A stretch of DNA of 64,000 nucleotides from assembly GCA_902555985.1 (NCBI GenBank), contig CACDUI010000001.1, positions 67,291 through 131,290 on the forward strand, given 5' to 3'. The notes below the pieces were generated by a model. That model was not told where the DNA came from. It did not search any database and was given only the letters and a program-made list of their open reading frames with translations. Position 1 is the stretch's first letter. Each line of letters begins with the position of its first letter. Made by a program: the position numbers and the translations under genes. The DNA comes from an uncultured Candidatus Actinomarina sp. (GTDB taxonomy: Bacteria > Actinomycetota > Acidimicrobiia > Actinomarinales > Actinomarinaceae). This document shows positions 58,085 to 64,000 of this stretch, piece by piece.

Positions 58085-60035
58085 CTGAATCTTCGTGAAT
58101 TTCTTCTTCTAGCGGCTCAGTGCCCCAACCAAAACCTCCTATGAGCAGTAATACAGCGCCTATAAATGCTAACGGTATTGATTTGTAAATGACAGCGTAT
58201 CCAAGAAGGGGGAGGCCAGAAGCCAGAACAATCGGAAAATATGATGGATTTGGTAATGCAATATGTTCACTTGGATTGAGGCCCTCTTCTTCTAAATCGA
58301 GTAATATTTGATCGGTTTCTTCACGCCTAACAGCTCGACCTTCTTCATCTTCTGTGTACTTTGTATGCCAGAAATCATCAAGGGCTCTTACTTCAGGTGC
58401 TTTTGAGAAGTTCCAAACTGGTGTAGGTGATGGAATAGTCCATTCAATTGTTCTTGCATCCCATGGATCAAATGGTGCTTTCTCACCGTTTCTTTTGGAA
58501 AAAATCCAATTTATCATAAAGACAATTATTGAAAGCGCAATTATAAAAGCACCAACTGTGACAACTATATTCCAAAATTGCAAGTTGGTTTCTTCTGCAT
58601 ACACCCAAGTACGTCTTACTTGACCTTGCAACCCTAACCAATGCATTGGCCCAAAAGTTAAATTAAAGCCAATCATCATTAACCAGAAATGAATTTTTCC
58701 AAGAGATTCGTTATACATTTTCCCCCAAACTTTTGGGAACCAGTAGTAAAGACCTGAGAAGATACCAAACAAAGCTCCTCCAAAAAGAACATAGTGGAAA
58801 TGTGCAACAACATAATAGGTATCTGTTTGCTGAGTGTCAGCTGGAACTATAGAGTGGGTAACTCCACTTAACCCTCCAATAACAAACATTCCAATAAATC
58901 CAAGCGAAAATAGCATTGGGGTATTGAGCTTCAACTTTCCTCCCCATATTGTTCCGAGCCAATTAAAAATTTTCACACCCGTTGGGACTGCAATAACCAT
59001 TGTTGAAAGACCAAAACCAGCTTGAGCAACCGGACTAATTGCCGAAGCAAACATATGATGTGCCCAAACTCCAAAACCAATAAATGCTATTCCAAATCCA
59101 GCAAATACTATTGCCGCATAACCGAATAATGGTTTTCTAGAAAATGTTGGTAACACTTCAGACACAATTCCAAAAGCAGGAAGAATTAATATATAAACTT
59201 CTGGATGACCAAACAACCAAAAAAGGTGCTGCCATAATACAGGATCACCACCTCCTTCTACTAAGAAAAAAGATGTTCCAAATTTTCGGTCGAATGTGAC
59301 ATAAAAAAGTGCAATTGCAATTATTGGTAGTGAAAACGCAAGTAAGAACGAAACAGCAAAGGTCATCCAAACAAACACAGGCATTCTCATGAAACGCATA
59401 CCTTTTGTTCGCATATTGATAATTGTTGTTATAAAGTTAAATGCAGAAATTAGTGAAGCTATACCAAGTATTTGTAATCCAATAGCCCAGAAGTCCATTG
59501 CAGTGCCAGGTGAGTATTTCATACCTGCGTTAGGTTGATAACCAAACCACCCTCCGTTGGGAGCAGATCCTAGCCATCCAACTTCTTCTGCTAGGTAGCC
59601 ACCTTCTGGAGCACCAGCAGTTCCAAATATAAATGTTGAATATAAAAAAGCTCCACCGAAAATAAATATCCAAAAGGAAAGAGCATTTAATCTTGGAAAA
59701 GCTACATCACGAGCTCCAATCTGTAGAGGAAGAAGATAATTAAAGAAAGCTGCACTTATAGGCATTATTGCCAAAAAAATCATAGTAGTTCCATGCATAG
59801 TAAACATTGCATTATATTCTGCAGCGGTTAAAAAATTATTATCTGGTTGAGAGAGCTGAATTCTTAGAACAAGCGCTTCAAGACCACCAATTAAAAGAAA
59901 GAAAAAAGCTGCATAACCATACATAATCCCTATTCTTTTATGGTCAACAGTGGTTATCCAGCTCCATATACCAGTTTCAGAAGAAGGTCTTCTAAAAATA
60001 TTACTTTGTTTACTTGGTTCAATTATTTTTGTCAT
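58077..60035 (-). CDS. ctaD: Cytochrome c oxidase subunit I (heme-copper oxidase), with about 90-aa C-terminal two-helix extension
   Basis: Twelve-helix core with canonical His ligands (WFFGHPEVY, HHMF...). 652 aa, against a typical approximately 550. Confidence 0.95.
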   Translation of the reverse strand: MTKIIEPSKQSNIFRRPSSETGIWSWITTVDHKRIGIMYGYAAFFFLLIGGLEALVLRIQLSQPDNNFLTAAEYNAMFTMHGTTMIFLAIMPISAAFFNYLLPLQIGARDVAFPRLNALSFWIFIFGGAFLYSTFIFGTAGAPEGGYLAEEVGWLGSAPNGGWFGYQPNAGMKYSPGTAMDFWAIGLQILGIASLISAFNFITTIINMRTKGMRFMRMPVFVWMTFAVSFLLAFSLPIIAIALFYVTFDRKFGTSFFLVEGGGDPVLWQHLFWLFGHPEVYILILPAFGIVSEVLPTFSRKPLFGYAAIVFAGFGIAFIGFGVWAHHMFASAISPVAQAGFGLSTMVIAVPTGVKIFNWLGTIWGGKLKLNTPMLFSLGFIGMFVIGGLSGVTHSIVPADTQQTDTYYVVAHFHYVLFGGALFGIFSGLYYWFPKVWGKMYNESLGKIHFWLMMIGFNLTFGPMHWLGLQGQVRRTWVYAEETNLQFWNIVVTVGAFIIALSIIVFMINWIFSKRNGEKAPFDPWDARTIEWTIPSPTPVWNFSKAPEVRALDDFWHTKYTEDEEGRAVRREETDQILLDLEEEGLNPSEHIALPNPSYFPIVLASGLPLLGYAVIYKSIPLAFIGAVLLLIGGFGWGTEPLEEEIHEDSDE

Positions 60036-61045
60036 TTAAGTGTCCCTAAATACGCAATTAAAGCATTAATTTCTGCTTCAGTCAATTCTAGGTTAGGCAT
60101 AAATGTACCGGGTTTTATTTCAGCTGGATTTGCCAGCCATTTACTCAGATTTTCTTCAGTATTATATAGAGCTGCACCTGCAAAAACATTTCTATTGGCG
60201 AAATGTGTTAAGTTTGGTGCAATCCTGTCTCCCTGGACATCCCAAACACCATCTATTACATGACATTGGGTACATCCAGCATTTAGATAAACTTGCTGGC
60301 CTTCAGCTGCAAGAGAGTTTCCTTCAAGTTGAATTGCATTTTGTTGTTGATTTTTTACCCATGTTTGAAATTCATTTTCTGAAAGTGAAAGTACTCGACC
60401 TCGCATTTTAGAATGGCTCAAACCACAATACTCACCACATTGTGCCCAAAATTCATCAGGTGAATCAGCATGAAGATTTAAATAAGTGGTTTGTCCCGGA
60501 ACGAGATATCTTTTTCCATTTAATTTTGGTACCCAGTAATTATGAAGAACATCATTAGACCACATTTCAAGTCTCACAGGCCTGTCTGCAGGAATAACTA
60601 GTACATTTGCTGTGGTTATGTCGTAATCAGGGTATTTGTATTCAAACCACCATTGATGTCCAATTACTTCAATTTTTAATGCATCTTCTGGCTCATTAGC
60701 TAGGTCGAAAATCGTTCTAACAGTAGGTACTGCAATTACTGCCAAAATAATTACAGGGATAACAGTCCATAGGATTTCTAATTTAGTATTTCCATGAATC
60801 TGTTTTGGTTCAGGGCTATCTGGTTTTTCTTTGAATACAAAAACAGAAAGTAGTAAAGCGCCTTGAACAATAACAAAAATTACCACTGCTATCCAAAATG
60901 TTAGCCAGAATAATTCATCTATAGATCTTGCATAAGGGCCTTCTGGACTTAAAGAGTCTAAGGGAGCATTTTCTATACAAGCAGATAAGAATATTAAAAG
61001 AAAATATCTTAGATTCTTTAATTTAAAAATATTTTTCACAAGCAT
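60032..61045 (-). CDS. ctaC: Cytochrome c oxidase subunit II with fused C-terminal cytochrome c domain (caa3-type); lipoprotein signal
   Basis: CuA site H...CGEYCGLSHSKM. C-terminal CTQCH heme-c motif. Start placed at MLVKNIFKLKNLRYFLLIFLSAC, a 23-aa signal with lipobox LSAC. ORF-track start 61102 would give an implausibly long 42-aa signal. Confidence 0.85.
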   Translation of the reverse strand: MLVKNIFKLKNLRYFLLIFLSACIENAPLDSLSPEGPYARSIDELFWLTFWIAVVIFVIVQGALLLSVFVFKEKPDSPEPKQIHGNTKLEILWTVIPVIILAVIAVPTVRTIFDLANEPEDALKIEVIGHQWWFEYKYPDYDITTANVLVIPADRPVRLEMWSNDVLHNYWVPKLNGKRYLVPGQTTYLNLHADSPDEFWAQCGEYCGLSHSKMRGRVLSLSENEFQTWVKNQQQNAIQLEGNSLAAEGQQVYLNAGCTQCHVIDGVWDVQGDRIAPNLTHFANRNVFAGAALYNTEENLSKWLANPAEIKPGTFMPNLELTEAEINALIAYLGTLK

Positions 61046-61117
61046 ATTTATATTATCAACAATTATTAAGGATAGCGTTGAAACAATATATAGTGTAATC
61101 ATAAGTACTATGTCGTT

Positions 61118-61999
61118 ATGGATCTTGTAAGTAAAAAATCTATATCAAAATATTTAAGACTTTCAAAACTAAGAATAGTTGAGCTTTTATTAATCACAAC
61201 AGTTCCATCGATGGTTGTCTCTATATATGGTTTTCCACCCTTAGATTTAATTATTTACACTTTGTTGGGAGGCACTCTTCTAGCAGTTAGTGCAAATGTT
61301 CTAAATCAGATATTTGAAATTGAAACTGACAGATTAATGGAAAGGACAGCCAATCGCCCACTTGTAACAGGGGAAATCACAAAAAACAGTGCTTATGTTT
61401 ATTCAATCTTTCTTGGAGTAAGTGGATTTCTAATTTTGTATACTCAGACAACTGAACTGGCCGCTTTGATAGCGCTTTCAGCTAATATTTTTTATTCATT
61501 TATTTATACTCTTTTTCTAAAACCAAGAACAAATCAAAATATTGTTATAGGCGGTGCAGCTGGTGCTGCTCCTGTGCTCATAGGATGGTCTGCAACGGGT
61601 ACAAATTTAGAAACGGGCTCATGGCTGTTATTCTTATTGGTATTTCTTTGGACACCAGCTCATTTTTGGGCACTATCTATTGACAAATTAAATGACTATA
61701 AAGATGCTAATTTTCCAATGTTGCCAACTCAGGAAAGCTATAAAAGAACATCAATTTTTATTGGAATATACTCATGTGCAACGGTCCTTACATCGCTGCT
61801 GCTTGCACCAATATTACAGCTAGGTATTGTTTACCTTTTACTAGCCCTAATATTTGGTATATATTTGATGTATAAATCATATCAACTTTATCAAAAAAAA
61901 ATAAAAGCTATCTCTTACTTCGTATTTTCGAATACTTATCTTGCAGCAATATTTCTATCAATGGTCGCTGATATATTCTTTACTTTGAGTAATATCTAA
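61118..61999 (+). CDS. ctaB: Protoheme IX farnesyltransferase (heme O synthase)
   Basis: UbiA-fold prenyltransferase, 293 aa, with an Asp-rich motif (NQIFEIETDRLMERTANRP). Divergent from ctaC. Confidence 0.88.
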   Translation: MDLVSKKSISKYLRLSKLRIVELLLITTVPSMVVSIYGFPPLDLIIYTLLGGTLLAVSANVLNQIFEIETDRLMERTANRPLVTGEITKNSAYVYSIFLGVSGFLILYTQTTELAALIALSANIFYSFIYTLFLKPRTNQNIVIGGAAGAAPVLIGWSATGTNLETGSWLLFLLVFLWTPAHFWALSIDKLNDYKDANFPMLPTQESYKRTSIFIGIYSCATVLTSLLLAPILQLGIVYLLLALIFGIYLMYKSYQLYQKKIKAISYFVFSNTYLAAIFLSMVADIFFTLSNI

Positions 62000-62001
62000 A
62001 T

Positions 62002-62835
62002 ATGGAAGAACTTCTTTTCTCAATAACCTATCCTCCAATACCTATTACCCAAATAGGGCCTGTTGCATTATCGCTGCACGGTGTTTTTGCAGCTGTTGGT
62101 TTTTATTTTGGTGCAAATCATGCATTGAAACTTTCTGAAGAAGATGGTGCTGATACTGAACTGTTTTCTGAAGCATTTACTTGGGCTATTTTTGGTGCAA
62201 TCCTAGGCGCAAGATTTTTTACTATTCCTGCTCAGTGGTATGCCAATCCTAATTATGGATTGGACGATATATTCACACTTGCAGGAAGCTACTCAATTAT
62301 GGGTGGTATGGCAGGTGGAATAATCGCTGCTTATTTAAAAATAACAGTATTAAATAAGCAAGATTTTAAACAATATGGTGATTATGCTGCAACAGGTTTG
62401 ATACTAGGAACAGTGATTGGCAGAATTGGAGATCTAGCAATTGTCGAACACTTAGGAAGAGAAACAAATTTCTTTTTGGGTTATGAAATAAAACCAGGTT
62501 ACGATGTAGCCCCTCAACACAACTCACTTGAGTGCTTTGAGCCTTTAACAACTTGTGGAACTTTTCATCATGTTGCCATGTACGATCTCCTACTTGCATT
62601 GCTAATCTTTTATATATTTAGAAACTTTCAGACTCGCTTTACTTTTGGAAAAGGTTCTTGGATAGGCTTGTGGGCTGTATGGTATGGGTCACAAAGGGCT
62701 GTTCTAGACACACTAAGATTTGGAATGGGTGATTCAACCATAGGAATCTTTACTTGGAACCAAATTGGTGGGTTGATGCTTGCTTTAATTGGATTAATTA
62801 TTTTTTTAAAAAATAAAGATACTAAAACAAGCTAA
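62002..62835 (+). CDS. lgt: Prolipoprotein diacylglyceryl transferase
   Basis: 277 aa polytopic protein. Lgt-like N-terminus (IGPVALSLHGVFAAVGFYFG) and a GRIGD... region resembling the Lgt signature. 2-bp gap after ctaB. Confidence 0.7.
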   Translation: MEELLFSITYPPIPITQIGPVALSLHGVFAAVGFYFGANHALKLSEEDGADTELFSEAFTWAIFGAILGARFFTIPAQWYANPNYGLDDIFTLAGSYSIMGGMAGGIIAAYLKITVLNKQDFKQYGDYAATGLILGTVIGRIGDLAIVEHLGRETNFFLGYEIKPGYDVAPQHNSLECFEPLTTCGTFHHVAMYDLLLALLIFYIFRNFQTRFTFGKGSWIGLWAVWYGSQRAVLDTLRFGMGDSTIGIFTWNQIGGLMLALIGLIIFLKNKDTKTS

Positions 62836-63745
62836 TAAGAAACAGGACATACAAAGCAATAAAGACATATCCGAGTATCGAATTCCTCTTTATTATATTT
62901 CTTGATAAAAATATGACAATAAAAGAAACAAAGTACATTATAAAAAGTTGATAGTCAATTACAGAACTTATTTCTCCTGGACTAATCATTATGGCTGCTC
63001 CACCAACTAATCCAATGTTGAACAAGTTTGAACCAAAAATATTTCCAAAGACTATATCCGGCTTTCTCATTTTTGCTGCAGATATAGTGCCAGCAACTTC
63101 TGGCAAGCTAGTACCAATTGCAATAATTGTTGAACCTATAACCAATGAAGAGACTCCAAATATTGATGCAATCTCAACTGCATTCTCTACTACTAACTGG
63201 CTTCCATATAGAGTTGCAACTAATGACATTCCGCCTCTTAACCAAACATAACTTTTTTCTTCTTCTATTAAGCTTTCCTCATCATCGCTTTCTGAACTTA
63301 TCATTTTATAAATTACATACAGAACTAAAACAAGAAGAGCTACACCAAGTAAAAATGGAAATTTATTTGTAAGTACATAAGTTGAAACAAAAATTGTAGT
63401 TAATATTGCCATCCAGGTGGGGCTGATTTTATTCAAATTTATTTTTTTTGAATAATCCTTTGGCAACGCCAGGTAAAGAACTGCAACTACTAGTAAGGAA
63501 TTTGCAATATTAGAACCCACTATATTTCCAATTCCAAGATCTAAGTCACCTTTTAAAGCTGCACGTGTACTTGCAAACAGCTCCGGGGCAGAAGTTCCAA
63601 AACCAATAAAGGTTGCACCAACTATTGAACTTGGAAGTTTAAATTTTAAAGCAATTTGAATCGCAGAACTGACCATTTCATCGGCCCCTTTTACTAAAAG
63701 AACCAAACCAATCGAAAATCCAAAGAGAAGAATGATTATGTCCAT
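62822..63745 (-). CDS. Ca2+/cation antiporter (CaCA family, YrbG-like)
   Basis: Two alpha-repeats (GTSAPELF and GTSLPEVA) in a 307-aa, 10-TM protein. Confidence 0.85.
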   Translation of the reverse strand: MDIIILLFGFSIGLVLLVKGADEMVSSAIQIALKFKLPSSIVGATFIGFGTSAPELFASTRAALKGDLDLGIGNIVGSNIANSLLVVAVLYLALPKDYSKKINLNKISPTWMAILTTIFVSTYVLTNKFPFLLGVALLVLVLYVIYKMISSESDDEESLIEEEKSYVWLRGGMSLVATLYGSQLVVENAVEIASIFGVSSLVIGSTIIAIGTSLPEVAGTISAAKMRKPDIVFGNIFGSNLFNIGLVGGAAIMISPGEISSVIDYQLFIMYFVSFIVIFLSRNIIKRNSILGYVFIALYVLFLISLF

Positions 63746-63754
63746 TATTTAAAT

Positions 63755-64000
63755 TTACTCTTTAGAGTCTCTCCAAGCGATCCATTCTTTTACTTGTGTA
63801 AGGTCGTAAGAAGGTCCATTAACGGCTAATGTAATTTCTGTTGCACCAGCTTCTAGCAAATCATCGGCTAAGTCAATTCTTTTAATATCAATCCCAATTG
63901 ATCTACTAATCTCATTAGGGTCTCTGCCTACTTTTTCACACCAATTGTTTAGTACGCTGTTTTTGTGTGCCACAGTTTCTATTCCACTTCTCTCTTCTGT
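63755..64000 (-). CDS. C-terminal part of a gene running off the window end (hypothetical; possibly luciferase-like/TIM-barrel oxidoreductase C-terminus)
   Basis: The open frame continues to the window edge. Only the last approximately 80 aa are visible (…EITLAVNGPSYDLTQVKEWIAWRDSKE). The family guess is weak. Confidence 0.3.
   Translation of the reverse strand, partial: TEERSGIETVAHKNSVLNNWCEKVGRDPNEISRSIGIDIKRIDLADDLLEAGATEITLAVNGPSYDLTQVKEWIAWRDSKE

Noticed and set aside
61046-61102. Longer ctaC start (61102)
   Set aside because: It would create a 42-aa signal region. Met at 61045 gives a standard 23-aa lipoprotein signal with lipobox LSAC.
1-64000. Antisense and nested ORFs of 60-140 aa inside long, well-supported genes
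   Set aside because: These lie wholly inside confident CDSs on the opposite strand or in another frame. Examples are 142..390+, 1704..1916+, 1997..2185+, 3137..3337-, 3742..4029-, 4306..4689-, 4686..4970-, 7496..7678-, 9564..9821+, 10662..10880+, 11938..12248, 12396..12983+, 12970..13167-, 14938..15138-, 16334..16549+, 20866..21066-, 23465..23872-, 25329..25646-, 26388..26582+, 27370..27582+, 28740..29078-, 31520..31714+, 31908..32171+, 32432..32773+, 32919..33131-, 33931..34608+, 35386..35682+, 37803..38275-, 40857..41293-, 41906..42217-, 43063..43488-, 43847..44104-, 44866..45228-, 45902..46519-, 47302..47532-, 49444..49713+, 51217..52044+, 53690..54011+, 56788..56994+, 58354..59025+, 59940..60411+, 62366..62599-, 62991..63372+. 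They have low-complexity or AT-codon-biased translations and no motifs, and are typical spurious ORFs in AT-rich DNA.
1-64000. tRNA/rRNA genes, CRISPR arrays, insertion sequences, prophage or integrase genes
   Set aside because: No cloverleaf-like GC-rich 70-90-nt islands, no direct-repeat arrays, no transposase/integrase/recombinase-like ORFs and no terminal inverted repeats were seen. The region looks like conserved core chromosome.

Overview
This 64 kb window is AT-rich and very gene-dense. By eye roughly two-thirds of the bases are A/T and more than 90% of the window is coding. It looks like core chromosome from a streamlined, low-GC bacterium. I support about 65 protein-coding genes, many joined by ATGA or TAATG start/stop overlaps. 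I saw no rRNA, tRNA, CRISPR, transposase or integrase. The gene content is housekeeping:
- Cell envelope and lipoproteins: murJ, lnt, lgt.
- Amino-acid and cofactor biosynthesis: lysC-asd, proC, nadE.
- Nucleotide metabolism: purA-purB, dcd.
- Heat-shock operon: dnaK-grpE-dnaJ-hspR.
- Copper export: copZ-copA.
- Uptake: a four-gene general L-amino-acid ABC transporter.
- Central metabolism: isocitrate lyase and a long acyl-CoA dehydrogenase.
- Respiration: a caa3-type cytochrome c oxidase cluster (ctaC-ctaD-ctaE plus two small subunit/assembly genes) with divergent ctaB-lgt.
- Other: rmuC, several peptidases/hydrolases and many membrane proteins.
I infer (not prove) an Actinobacteria-like streamlined marine lineage, based on the HspR-terminated dnaK operon, a bS22-type tiny ribosomal protein gene, a PAC2-family protein and a lysC gene with an internal beta-subunit start.
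The most interesting observations are these:
- Two selenoprotein genes that stop-codon-based ORF calling breaks. One is selD, with an in-frame UGA at the catalytic SGxACK position. The other is a SelW/Rdx-like CxxU gene hidden in an apparent intergenic gap. Both have hairpins just 3' of the UGA.
- An unannotated 31-codon ribosomal protein bS22 gene.
- Two paralogous ~65-aa Cys/His proteins, each preceded by a long perfect or near-perfect palindrome. One sits directly upstream of dnaK; the other has a textbook TGTGA-N6-TCACA site.
- An Fe-S/CCG membrane oxidoreductase fusion.
- A cupredoxin + beta-helix lipoprotein with a PLDc_N-like C-terminal anchor.
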